Part shown: piece by piece, positions 42,328 through 52,045 of the stretch
Layout: each line of letters begins with the position of its first letter
How positions within the stretch are numbered: the first letter of the stretch is position 1
Source of the DNA: an uncultured Planctomycetales bacterium
GTDB taxonomy: Bacteria > Planctomycetota > Phycisphaerae > UBA1845 > Fen-1342
Reading direction: 5' to 3'
Assembly: GCA_964553225.1 (NCBI GenBank)
Contig: CAZKJT010000002.1
Location: forward strand, 389,908 to 453,907
DNA: 64,000 nt
The notes under the pieces: generated by a model
What the model saw: only the letters and a program-made list of their open reading frames with translations
What the model was told of the DNA's origin: nothing
Databases searched by the model: none
Translations under genes and position numbers: made by a program

Positions 42328-45012
42328 CTACGCCACCGCCGGATCGGCCGCGTCGGGGTTGATGCCGAGCTGCTTCATCGCGGCCGGCAGCTTGGCGCGC
42401 TCGAACTGGTTCTTCTTGGACAACTCCCACAGCGCCGAGTACGCCACGTTCTCCGCATCGATCTCGAAGTGCCGGCGGAGCGCCTCGCGCGTGTCGCTGC
42501 GGCCGAAGCCGTCGGTGCCGAGCGCGTAGAGGCCGGCCGGAGTCCACGGGGCGACGCGGCTGGGCAGCGTCTTCACGTAGTCCGAGACGGCGACGATCGG
42601 CCAGGGCTCGTCCTTGAGCGCCTGGGCGACGTGCGGCAGGCGCGGCTTCTGGTCGGGGTGCAGCTTGTTCCAGCGGCTGCACGAGAGCGCGTCGCGATAG
42701 AGCTCGGTGTAGCTGGTGACGCTCCAGACGTCGGCCGCGACGGCGAACTGCTCGCGCAGGAGGTCCTGCGCGCGGAGGGCTTCGTTCAGCAGCGGACCGC
42801 TGCCGAACAGGTGCACGCGCGGCAGCTTGCCGGGGTTTTCCGCCGCGCGGAACTTGTAGAGTCCGCGGAGGATGCCCTCCTCGGCGCCGTCGATGAGCGC
42901 GGGCTGTGAATATTGTTCGTTGTAGGCCGTGATGTAGTACAGCACGTCTTCCTGGTTCTCGTACATGCGGCGGATGCCGTCGCGGATGATGACCGCGAGC
43001 TCGCAGGCGAACGCCGGGTCGTACGAGATGCAGTTCGGAACGGTGCTCGACAGGATGTGGCTGTGCCCGTCCTGGTGCTGGAGACCCTCGCCGTTCAGCG
43101 TCGTGCGCCCGGCCGTCGCGCCGACCAGGAAGCCCTTGCAGCGCATGTCGCCGGCCAGCCAGATCAGGTCGCCGATGCGCTGGAATCCGAACATCGAATA
43201 GAACGTGAAGAAGGGGATCGTGTTCAGCCCGTGCGATGCGTAGGCCGTGCCGGCGGCGATGAACGAAGACATCGAGCCGGCCTCGGTGATGCCTTCTTCG
43301 AGAAGCTGCCCATTCTGGCGCTCCTCATACTTCATGAGCAGGTGCGCGTCGACCGGCTCGTACTTCTGGCCGGCGTGGGCGTAAATGCCGTAGGTGCTGA
43401 ACAGCGCCTCCATGCCGAACGTGCGGGCCTCGTCGGGAACGATCGGAACGATCAGCTTGCCGAGGTCTTTCTCTTTCATCAGCCGGCCGAGCATGCGCAT
43501 GTAGGCCATCGTGGTCGAAGCCTTGCGATCGCCGCTGCCGGAGAGGAACTCCTTGAACACCTCGCGGTCGGGAGCGCGCAGCGGCTGGGCTCGTACGATG
43601 CGGCGCGGGACCGGTCCGCCGAGGGCGGCCCGCCGCGCGAGAAGGTAGTCGTGCTCCTCGCTGCCGGCTTCGAACCGGCAGAAGGGCGCGTTCTTGATGT
43701 CCTTGTCGCTCACCGGAATGTCGAAGCGGTCGCGGAAGCTCTTCAGCTCCTCCTCGTTGAGCTTCTTCTGCTGGTGCGTGATGTTGCGGCCTTCGCCGGC
43801 CTCGCCCAGGCCGTAGCCCTTGATGGTGCGGGCCAGAATGACCGTCGGTCGGCCCTTCGTGTCCAGCGCGGCCCGATAGGCGGCATGCACCTTGACCGGA
43901 TCGTGACCGCCCAGGCGCAACGACTGAATCTGTTCGTCGGAATATCCGCGCACCAGCTCTGCGACGACGGGATCCTGACCGAAGAAGTGCTCGCGCGCGT
44001 AAGCGCCCGGCTCGACGGAGTAGCGCTGCCACATGCCGTCCACGGTGTTGTTCATGATTGCCATCAGGCGGCCGTCTTCGTCGGCGTCGAACAGCGGGTC
44101 CCAGTCGGAACCGAAGATGACCTTCAGCACGTTCCAGCCGGCCCCGCGGAACGCCGCTTCGAGCTCCTGGATCACGCTGCCGTTGCCCCGGACGGGGCCG
44201 TCGAGGCGCTGCAGGTTGCAGTTGACCACCCAGGTCAGGTTGTCGAGCCGCTCGCGCGCCGCCAGCGTGATGGCGCCGAGGCTCTCTGGCTCGTCCATCT
44301 CGCCGTCGCCCAGGAAGGCCCAAACGCGCGAGCCGGTCGTGTCGGACAGGCCGCGGTCGAGAAGATATTCGTTGAAGCGGGCCTGGTAGATCGACGTGAT
44401 CGGGCCGAGACCCATCGAGACGGTGGGGAACTGCCAGAACTTCGGCATGAGCCAGGGGTGCGGATAGCTCGACAGACCGCCGCCGTTGGCGAGTTCGCGG
44501 CGGAAGTTCATCAGGTGCGATTCGTCGATTCGGCCTTCGAGATAGGCACGGGCGTAGATGCCGGGCGAAGCGTGTCCCTGGAAGTAGATGTGATCGCCGG
44601 CGCGCTGCTCGTCGCCGCCGCGGAAGAAGTGGTTGAACGCCACCTCGTACAGCGTTGCGGCCGAGGCATAGGTCGAGATGTGCCCCCCGATGCCGTCGCT
44701 GGCCTTGTTGGCGCGAACGACCATCGCCATGGCGTTCCAGCGGGCGAAGCTCTTGATGCGCCGCTCGATCCGTCGGTCGCCCGGATAGGCCGGCTGCTCG
44801 CTGTGATGAATCGTGTTGCGATAGGGCGTGTTGGCGCTGACCGGAACGTCGACGTAGTGCCGCTGGGCCCAGTCGCGCAGCCGGTCCAGGAGGAATTCCG
44901 CCCGCGGGCGGCCCGATGTTCGTACCACCGAATCGATGGATTCAATCCACTCGTAAGTTTCGAGAACATCGAGGTCGTTGAGATCCAGGTTGTCGTCGTT
45001 GTGTCGAAGCAT
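42328..45012 (-). CDS. aceE: pyruvate dehydrogenase E1 component (homodimeric type)
   Basis: About 890 aa with the N-terminal ...ETYEWIESIDSV..., ThDP-binding GDGEMDEPESLGA, and ...YITAYNE... conserved blocks of AceE. Start set at MLRHNDDNLD (ATG 45012). Confidence 0.95.
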   Translation of the reverse strand: MLRHNDDNLDLNDLDVLETYEWIESIDSVVRTSGRPRAEFLLDRLRDWAQRHYVDVPVSANTPYRNTIHHSEQPAYPGDRRIERRIKSFARWNAMAMVVRANKASDGIGGHISTYASAATLYEVAFNHFFRGGDEQRAGDHIYFQGHASPGIYARAYLEGRIDESHLMNFRRELANGGGLSSYPHPWLMPKFWQFPTVSMGLGPITSIYQARFNEYLLDRGLSDTTGSRVWAFLGDGEMDEPESLGAITLAARERLDNLTWVVNCNLQRLDGPVRGNGSVIQELEAAFRGAGWNVLKVIFGSDWDPLFDADEDGRLMAIMNNTVDGMWQRYSVEPGAYAREHFFGQDPVVAELVRGYSDEQIQSLRLGGHDPVKVHAAYRAALDTKGRPTVILARTIKGYGLGEAGEGRNITHQQKKLNEEELKSFRDRFDIPVSDKDIKNAPFCRFEAGSEEHDYLLARRAALGGPVPRRIVRAQPLRAPDREVFKEFLSGSGDRKASTTMAYMRMLGRLMKEKDLGKLIVPIVPDEARTFGMEALFSTYGIYAHAGQKYEPVDAHLLMKYEERQNGQLLEEGITEAGSMSSFIAAGTAYASHGLNTIPFFTFYSMFGFQRIGDLIWLAGDMRCKGFLVGATAGRTTLNGEGLQHQDGHSHILSSTVPNCISYDPAFACELAVIIRDGIRRMYENQEDVLYYITAYNEQYSQPALIDGAEEGILRGLYKFRAAENPGKLPRVHLFGSGPLLNEALRAQDLLREQFAVAADVWSVTSYTELYRDALSCSRWNKLHPDQKPRLPHVAQALKDEPWPIVAVSDYVKTLPSRVAPWTPAGLYALGTDGFGRSDTREALRRHFEIDAENVAYSALWELSKKNQFERAKLPAAMKQLGINPDAADPAVA

Positions 45013-45181
45013 TCCGTTCAGTGCGCTCCTGCGCCGGGAGAGAGCGATCCGGGTCGGGGGCGATCCGCTGTGACCGCACTGGGATCGCTGGATCGAGGCG
45101 GGTTGCGTTTCCGCGACCCCGGCAGTAATATACCGGACTTTGCAGATTTGCCAAACGGGACCGGCAGCGCGAGGAGCACGC

Positions 45182-45496
45182 GTGTACGCGATCATCGAAG
45201 ACGGCGGAAGGCAGTACAAGGTCAGCGAAGGCGACGCACTGCTCGTCGATGTCCGGGAGATGCCCGAAGGCGCGACTGAAGTCGTCTTCGATCAGGTCCT
45301 GATGCTTGGCGAAGGGGAATCGGCCCGGATCGGCGCCCCGACCGTCGCCGGCGCGCGCGTCATCGCTCGCCTCGAAGAGTCCCTCAAGATGCCCAAGGTC
45401 GTTGGAATCCTGTTTCGCCGGCGCAAGGGCTTAAAGAAGAAGTTCGGCCACCGTCAGCCGATGATGAAGGTCCGCATCGAGAAGATCGTGGCCTGA
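45182..45496 (+). CDS. rplU: 50S ribosomal protein L21
   Basis: VYAIIEDGGRQYKVSEGD...GHRQPMMKVRIEKI matches L21 throughout. GTG start. No rpmA (L27) follows. Confidence 0.9.
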   Translation: MYAIIEDGGRQYKVSEGDALLVDVREMPEGATEVVFDQVLMLGEGESARIGAPTVAGARVIARLEESLKMPKVVGILFRRRKGLKKKFGHRQPMMKVRIEKIVA

Positions 45497-45536
45497 CCCG
45501 TCGCGTAATGCCTCCCGAATCGACCGGGAGACCGCC

Positions 45537-46115
45537 TTGGCACGCCTGGCCGTGTTTTTGTGCCTGGTCGCCTGCATGAGCGAAGCCGCGCCGCAGGCCT
45601 CTCAGCCGGCTGCCTCCGCGCCTGCCGAATCCGCCCAGCAACGCCTCAACCGGATTCAGTCCGCACGCCCGGAATCGCTCACGCAGCCCGACCGGGCTCT
45701 CGCTGCCGCGCTCGACTTCTATCTCGGACTCGCCGAGGCGGACGCGCCGCGCGCCACGCGCCGCGTCGACGCCATCGGCTATCAGCCGCTGCCGCTCACC
45801 GGTGAGCTTCCCGCAGACGCCGTGAAGCCCATTCGCGCCGCTGACCTGGCGCGACGCATTCAGGAACAGGACCGCTCCCGGCTTGCAGATGTGTCTGCCG
45901 AGCGGTTCGTGCTGCTCCAAAAGGACGCGCTGGCAGCGCACTTCCCGGCCGCGGCCGCGTGGATGGCGTCCGGCGACTTCGCCGTGCTGCTCGATCCTCC
46001 GGTCGGGCTCGCGGGCTGGTCCGACCGGGCGAGTTGCGTCATCGTGCGGGTCCGCGCCACGCGCGCGACGGTCATCGGCGGGAACGTGTTCGCGTCGTTG
46101 GAAGCAAGCCCGTAG
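45537..46115 (+). CDS. hypothetical lipoprotein
   Basis: Signal peptide with lipobox LVAC. Ala-rich with moderate coding signal. No family recognised. Confidence 0.4.
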   Translation: MARLAVFLCLVACMSEAAPQASQPAASAPAESAQQRLNRIQSARPESLTQPDRALAAALDFYLGLAEADAPRATRRVDAIGYQPLPLTGELPADAVKPIRAADLARRIQEQDRSRLADVSAERFVLLQKDALAAHFPAAAAWMASGDFAVLLDPPVGLAGWSDRASCVIVRVRATRATVIGGNVFASLEASP

Positions 46116-46124
46116 CGGTTCTGC

Positions 46125-47816
46125 TCACGGCGCGCGAGTGATTCGAAAGACCCGGACCTCGCGCGTATTCGGTGATGTCGGCGGCGGCGGGCCGCCCAGC
46201 CATTGCGCCCACTCGTCCGCGCGCGTCCTGGGACAGGCGTGGCGCTCGACCCGCGCGATCTGCACCGGTTCCCCCAGCAAGTCCACGCGAATAGACGCAG
46301 CGGCGTCGTCGGACGGCGACGTCGCGAGCCAATCCCGGAGCGGGCCGTGCAGCGCGCGGTCCATCGCGGACGGTTTCTGGATGGACTCAAGCCGATCCCA
46401 TGGCGCGATTTCGGCATAATCGAGTCCGCCCTTGTTCAGCAATTCCCGCAGACGCTGCGGACTCACGCGCGACGAGGCCATCACGCGATCCGGAAGGCCG
46501 TCGACGTAGATTGCGGTCAGGTGCCGCGCGATCGTGCTGGAAAGAGCGAGCGGCACGTCCCGAGCGGCGTGAATAGCGCTCTGCGCCGTGCGGACAATGT
46601 CCGCTCGATAGAGCTTGCCGGCGCCGCGGTTCGTCTGGCGCTGTTCGAGCACCCAGTACACCGCCACGCCCGCAATCGCCGCGACCGCGATGGGCCTCCC
46701 CACGCGCGACCGCGCCGCGGCGCCGCGCAGCGCGGTCACCAGCGCGGCGCTGCCCATCAACAGGATCAGCGGCACGACCGGCGTGAAGTAGCGCGCTTGC
46801 AGGCTGGGCGGCACGTAGGCCGACAGGCTCATCGATCCGAACGTGTGGTACGCGAAGTACCAGCCGACCAGCAGCAGCGGGAGCGGGCGGCCGCGAACCA
46901 GCGCCGCATAGGCCGCGGCCGATGCCAGCCCCAGCACGCGATCGCGCGGCGACCAGTAGGGCGGACCCAGGTTGTACCACAAGTGCCACAGGCGCTCGTG
47001 CGGCCAGAAACCGTACGGCCACGTTCGCGTCGGGCTGACGATCGACTCATCCACGACCCAGGCTGCGCGCGTATAGGCCCGGCCGGTCAGCGCGCTGAGC
47101 GCGATCCACTCGCCCGCGAACACGATGACAAACCCGAGCAGCAGCGCCATCCACCCGGCGGCGACGCCCGCGATGCCGCGTCGCCGCGCGATGCACAGCC
47201 AGGCGGCCGCGAAGAACGGCCCCAGGATGAGCGAAGTCTCCTTCGCCAGGTAACCGAGCCCGACCAGCGCCCCGCACGCCACCAGCAGCGCCAGCGCGGT
47301 GCGGCTTGCGTCCTTTGCGTGCCGCCGGCTTGCCTCGTCGATCGCGAGCACAGCGCCCAGCAGGCAGCATGCCAGTGGGGTGTCCGGCAGAATGGCCGTT
47401 CCGGCGAGCACGAGGGCCGGGAAGAGCGCGACGGCCCACGCGGTCAACACCGCCGTCGCGCGATCGAACCAGCGCCGCGCGAGCAGGGCGACGAGCGCGA
47501 TGGTCAACAGGTGGAAGCAGACGTGCGTGGCGGCGATGCGGTCCGCGTCATAGCCGGCGGCCCACGCCACGGCGGCATTCCAGCCGACCATGAGCAGGCG
47601 GTTCTGGCCGAGGGTGGGCTCTTCGGGCAGCGAACCCTGCGTCACGATCTGCCGCGCGGCGGACAGGTACTCCATGTCGTCGCTGGCGTAATGTCCGGTG
47701 AAGAAAAAGAGATCGTTCAGCAGCGCGAGAAGCAGGATCGCAGCCAATGCGGCGCGGGCGGCGGCGGGCGGTATGTCCCAGGGCGGCGCGGACGCGGTCG
47801 GCTGCGGCGCGGCCAT
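46125..47816 (-). CDS. membrane glycosyltransferase, GT39/GT83-like (PMT/ArnT-type dolichyl- or undecaprenyl-phosphate-sugar transferase)
   Basis: Polytopic membrane N-terminal half with an early acidic DDxxY-type motif (ASDDMEYLSAARQI) and a soluble C-terminal domain, the architecture of PMT_2/ArnT-like transferases. Start at MAAPQP (47816). Confidence 0.6.
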   Translation of the reverse strand: MAAPQPTASAPPWDIPPAAARAALAAILLLALLNDLFFFTGHYASDDMEYLSAARQIVTQGSLPEEPTLGQNRLLMVGWNAAVAWAAGYDADRIAATHVCFHLLTIALVALLARRWFDRATAVLTAWAVALFPALVLAGTAILPDTPLACCLLGAVLAIDEASRRHAKDASRTALALLVACGALVGLGYLAKETSLILGPFFAAAWLCIARRRGIAGVAAGWMALLLGFVIVFAGEWIALSALTGRAYTRAAWVVDESIVSPTRTWPYGFWPHERLWHLWYNLGPPYWSPRDRVLGLASAAAYAALVRGRPLPLLLVGWYFAYHTFGSMSLSAYVPPSLQARYFTPVVPLILLMGSAALVTALRGAAARSRVGRPIAVAAIAGVAVYWVLEQRQTNRGAGKLYRADIVRTAQSAIHAARDVPLALSSTIARHLTAIYVDGLPDRVMASSRVSPQRLRELLNKGGLDYAEIAPWDRLESIQKPSAMDRALHGPLRDWLATSPSDDAAASIRVDLLGEPVQIARVERHACPRTRADEWAQWLGGPPPPTSPNTREVRVFRITRAP

Positions 47817-48078
47817 GGCGCTCCCGTGAGGCTCGGGACATCCCCCGTGGGCCGCGCGCAGGCCGATCAGTCGCGCGCGGTTCGAGGTCGAAGGGATACG
47901 GTAGCGTCGCGTTGCGGCGGCCGCTATCGCGCGGAGCGAGGAAGGGCATCGGGCGGTTCGGGGGACGCTTCCGCCCGGCCCGAGCGCCGGTGCGCCTGGT
48001 TCGGCGCACCGGCGAGGCGCCATGGCTCCCCCGGGCGTCGTGAGCGGTGTGCAGCTGGCTCGGCAGGGTTGCGCGTCG

Positions 48079-48756
48079 CTAGCGGCGGCGCGTCAGCATG
48101 CCGATCACGAGCAGGGCGATGGACGCGGGTTCCGGAATCTGGGTGGCGGTGAACAGCCAGTCATCCGCGCCGTTCGGAGCGGTCCGGTCGCCCATCATGA
48201 GCCAGCCCCAGCCGGAGATGCCGGCGAAGCCGCGATGCCCGAGATCGTTGCTCTCGTCGCCGAATCGAAAGGTATAGCTTCCGTTCGACTTGTCCGACAG
48301 GTTGATGTTGTCCCCGAGCGGCGTCGAGATCGTGCCCGTGTTTGTTCCGCTGGGCGCGGTGACCCACAGATCATCGTCGCCGGTCACCAGACCGAGCGCG
48401 GTGTCGTATTTGAACGTCAGCGTATAGATGCCGCGATAGGCGTCGTTGAAGTATGAGCCGCCCGCGTCGCGGCCGCCGTACACCTGTCCGAAGATCTCGA
48501 TCTCCTGCGACGCGAAGTCGTAATCGAGCCGCACGTTGGAGTCCGGGTGGTCGAAGTCGAATGTGAAGATGTCATTTCCGCCGGTGACGTTGTACAGCTC
48601 GTCCAGGCGCAGTCCGTATCCCGGCGGCGCGACGCCGCCGTCGGGGTGGTTGTGTAACTGGTACAGGCCGCCGCTGATTGCGGCGCCTTGGGCCGTTGCG
48701 CACAGCCCGGCGACGGCGGCGAGACTTCCGATGGTTGTGAACGCGAAGCGGCGCAT
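48079..48756 (-). CDS. PEP-CTERM sorting-domain protein (exosortase substrate)
   Basis: Signal peptide. The C-terminus IPEPASIALLVIGMLTRRR* has the PEP motif, a TM helix and an Arg cluster. Confidence 0.8.
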   Translation of the reverse strand: MRRFAFTTIGSLAAVAGLCATAQGAAISGGLYQLHNHPDGGVAPPGYGLRLDELYNVTGGNDIFTFDFDHPDSNVRLDYDFASQEIEIFGQVYGGRDAGGSYFNDAYRGIYTLTFKYDTALGLVTGDDDLWVTAPSGTNTGTISTPLGDNINLSDKSNGSYTFRFGDESNDLGHRGFAGISGWGWLMMGDRTAPNGADDWLFTATQIPEPASIALLVIGMLTRRR

Positions 48757-49115
48757 GCGATTCCTCCTCCTGTGCGTCCGCGCGATAGCTCCGGCTCCCG
48801 GGGACGCGGGTTTCACAAACTATAGGAGAAGGGAGGCATGTAAGTCACAACAATTGTCTAAACGACTTCAAAGCAGTCACTATAGGACGTGTTGTGCGTC
48901 TCGTAATCGTTGCGGACGGGAGCCCTGGTTCGGAATTCGGCGCCGTGGCTTGCTTTCTCGGACGATCGGCGCGCGGGGCCGGGACGTCGGCGCGCTGCGA
49001 GCGGCGATGCGCAGCGGGCGCCGCCGGCGCAGGATTGCGGAGATTGCGGGGAACGTGCGAACGGATCCGGCCGCCCGCGCCGACCGCGGACGCGCGGGCC
49101 CGCCGTCGCGGCGCG

Positions 49116-50507
49116 CTATTCGCCGCGGTCCTGCCAGGGCTTTCCGCCGCGCGTGAATCGGAGGCCGGCCGCTTCGAGCTGTTTCGCCAGCGTCGCGGCG
49201 CTCTCGTCGTCGTATCCGAACAGGAAGACCGCGACACGCGGCGACAGCTTCACGATTCGTCGCTGCGCCAGCTCGCGCTCGATCTCGTAATCCTGGAGAA
49301 ACTCGTCGCGGTCCTGCGCCGAGTCCCACGCCGTGATCCACACGCCGCGCGGCTCGGCCAGCGCCTCGGCGTGCGCCGCGTCGGGCTTTCGCGACAGCAG
49401 AAAGAAGCGATCGCCGCCCCAGCCGGTCGCGGCCTCGTTCGTCCAGTAGGCCGGCGACCCCGCGGCGATCAGGTCCAGGGGGCGCTGGGCATCGACCGCC
49501 AGCAGTGCGCAGAGCAGCTCGCCGATCGTGTTGCGATAGAGCACCTTCCAGCCGTCGCGTTCGAGCAGCCCGGCGAGCTGCGCATCGTCCACCACGATCG
49601 GCTCGTCGCGATGCGCGCGCTGCCAGTACTTTTCCGGGTGCAGGATCTGCTCGGTGGATCGCGGAGGGTCTTTCAGCGCCGCCAGCACGTTCTCGGATTC
49701 GTTCCCCTCGCCGACCAGCCCGGCGATGTCGCCGCGGAGCACGAAGAACATTCCGCAGAGGTATTGAGCGATGAGCGCGGAGAAGTAGGGCGGGGCTTTC
49801 AGCAGCGGTTCCGACCGCTCCATCTCGCGCGCCTGCACTTCGGCCAGTTCGCCCGCGTCGAAATCCCCGGACTGCATCGCTTTCGTCATGTAGCGCGTCA
49901 TCAGCGCCGTGGCGGAGCCTTCGATGACGGCGCCGGCCGCCAGGGCCGCGTCTTCGCTCAGGTCCGGATCAAACGCGAGCTTTTCGAGATCGACGTATTG
50001 ATCGTCCAGCGCGTGGGTCAGCTCGTGGGCGACGAGCGTGCGATTCAGCAGCGGACCATAGTCGGTGCCGTCGCGCTGGAGCATGAAGAACGTCTTGGAC
50101 TGCGGATCATAGAAGCCGCCGATCTGGTTCAGCAGCACATCCAGGAACGTCTGCCGCAGGTCGCACTTCGGCGGGATCAGCCCGACCATCCGCAGCATCG
50201 CCTCGAGCCGCTCCAGCCGCCCGTCCCCGAGCATCTCGTCAAACAGCTTCTTATGCAGGTAGCCGCGGAGCTGCTCCTCATTGTGCACGTCGGTCTTCAC
50301 CGGCGTCTTGAACTTCCAGCCGCGCAGCTCTTCCACTTCGGTCTGGACGGCCTTCGCCATCTCGCGCCATTCGGCCGCGGTGGGGCCGGTGCGCTTGCGT
50401 TCCGGCGCGTCGGGCGGCTTGGGGGATTCGGCGCGGGTCGGGATCGCCAGCAGGAGCACGCCGGTCAGAATCGATGCGAAGAGCGGGCGAAGAGCGTCAA
50501 GCCGCAT
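49116..50507 (-). CDS. secreted putative zinc metalloprotease (HExxH)
   Basis: Signal peptide MRLDALRPLFASILTGVLLLAIP. HExxH in TLVAHELTHALDD with a downstream Glu-rich region. Family not assigned. Confidence 0.55.
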   Translation of the reverse strand: MRLDALRPLFASILTGVLLLAIPTRAESPKPPDAPERKRTGPTAAEWREMAKAVQTEVEELRGWKFKTPVKTDVHNEEQLRGYLHKKLFDEMLGDGRLERLEAMLRMVGLIPPKCDLRQTFLDVLLNQIGGFYDPQSKTFFMLQRDGTDYGPLLNRTLVAHELTHALDDQYVDLEKLAFDPDLSEDAALAAGAVIEGSATALMTRYMTKAMQSGDFDAGELAEVQAREMERSEPLLKAPPYFSALIAQYLCGMFFVLRGDIAGLVGEGNESENVLAALKDPPRSTEQILHPEKYWQRAHRDEPIVVDDAQLAGLLERDGWKVLYRNTIGELLCALLAVDAQRPLDLIAAGSPAYWTNEAATGWGGDRFFLLSRKPDAAHAEALAEPRGVWITAWDSAQDRDEFLQDYEIERELAQRRIVKLSPRVAVFLFGYDDESAATLAKQLEAAGLRFTRGGKPWQDRGE

Positions 50508-50601
50508 GGCAGCCTCCGGAATTCCGCGGGACCACGACGCCGCATTGACGCCGCCCGACCCTGGACTGATCTTATCGGCAACGACCAGAGAAGACGAAGC
50601 G

Positions 50602-52023
50602 ATGCGGGTCCGGCTTTCACAAAACGCGATCCTGGTGCTGATGGCGGCGGCGCTCGCGCCGATGGCGACCGCACAGCCGGTAGCCCAGTCGGCGCCCGCG
50701 CTGTCGCCGGTGGTGGACAAGCTGATCGGATTCGAGATCGGCGCGCCGACCGGCTGGAGCGTGGATCGAACGGCGTTCTTCGGGCCGGCCGGGTCGCGCG
50801 GCCTGCTGCGGGGGGCCTCGCCGGACGGCCTGAACACGTTTCAGGTTCTGGTCTTCTCGCCGTCGGCCGACGTGCCGTTCGCGGCGTGGGCGGAGTATTT
50901 CGCGCGCCAGCTCGCGACGATCAGCGGCATTCGCGACGTGCGGGTCGAGCCGCTTACGCATGCGGGGCGGGAAGCCGCGTTCGTCGAAGCGCCCGCGGTT
51001 CTCGGCGCCGACCACACGCGGACGCTGTTCTTCTGCCTGCGACTGGACGCGGAGCTGATCTGGGTGCTTTCCTACGCCGAGGTGCTCGGGCGATCGTCGG
51101 AGGACGCGACCGCCCGCGCGGCGACTGCGCTGGAAGTGCCACCGCTTGTTCGGCGGATGATCGACTCGCTTCGCGTGTTCTATGACGCCGGCGTCGCGCG
51201 AGAATTCGAGGAAGGACTCGAGCGAGGCCGGGAATACCTGCGGCGGTTTCAGCTCGCCGACGACATCCGCGAGCTGCGGATCGACGAATCCCCGCGCAGC
51301 TACGTCATCCGCGTCGGCGGCAAAGCGGTCGGCTACCTGACGCGGCGCTTCGCCCGCGCCACCGAGCCGCTCGACCGCGCCCGCGCCGGCGCGCAGCCAC
51401 GCGAAGGGCTGCGCGTCTACGAGCGGACGTGGCAGTTCGCCGCCGACGGGGCGGCCGTCTACAGCCGCGTCGAGCTGTTCTCCCGCCTGGACGGCAACAC
51501 GGACCTCTACGAATTCAACACGACGCACGTGCCGGCCGCCTCGATGCCGGATGGCAAGCCGTTCTCGCTTCGCGACCAGTGCGTACGCGAGGGCGACGCG
51601 CTGTTCTCAAGCGTCACCAGCACGGTTGTGAACGAACTGCCGACGCCGCGCGAGCCGGTTCGGGTGGACGACGCCTATCTCGGACTGTCCTGGGTGCGCG
51701 TTCTGCCGGCGCTGCTCGGCGTCGAGCCGCGCGCGCTGATCGCGTTTCACATCTACGATCCGAGCACGCGTACGCTCGTGCCGCATTCGGTGAAAGTCGT
51801 CGGAGAACGGACTTTGCCCGGATCGACCGAGCCGGCGGTCGTCTACGAAACGCGCGAGGGGGCCGTGCCGAGCGTCACGGTCGTCTACACCGATCGCGCG
51901 GGCCACATGCTGCGCCTGGAATGCGGCGAACTGCTGGTCGAGCGCGCCGCCGAAGAGGAAATCGAACGGCTCTTCCGCGCGCAGCGCGACGCGGCGTTGA
52001 AGGCGGCCGGAATCGGAGGGTAA
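50602..52023 (+). CDS. hypothetical secreted protein
   Basis: Signal peptide MRVRLSQNAILVLMAAALAPMATAQP. 470 aa with normal composition. Divergent from the metalloprotease gene. Confidence 0.5.
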   Translation: MRVRLSQNAILVLMAAALAPMATAQPVAQSAPALSPVVDKLIGFEIGAPTGWSVDRTAFFGPAGSRGLLRGASPDGLNTFQVLVFSPSADVPFAAWAEYFARQLATISGIRDVRVEPLTHAGREAAFVEAPAVLGADHTRTLFFCLRLDAELIWVLSYAEVLGRSSEDATARAATALEVPPLVRRMIDSLRVFYDAGVAREFEEGLERGREYLRRFQLADDIRELRIDESPRSYVIRVGGKAVGYLTRRFARATEPLDRARAGAQPREGLRVYERTWQFAADGAAVYSRVELFSRLDGNTDLYEFNTTHVPAASMPDGKPFSLRDQCVREGDALFSSVTSTVVNELPTPREPVRVDDAYLGLSWVRVLPALLGVEPRALIAFHIYDPSTRTLVPHSVKVVGERTLPGSTEPAVVYETREGAVPSVTVVYTDRAGHMLRLECGELLVERAAEEEIERLFRAQRDAALKAAGIGG

Positions 52024-52045
52024 CAGCGCGTCGGCGCCGGCCGCA

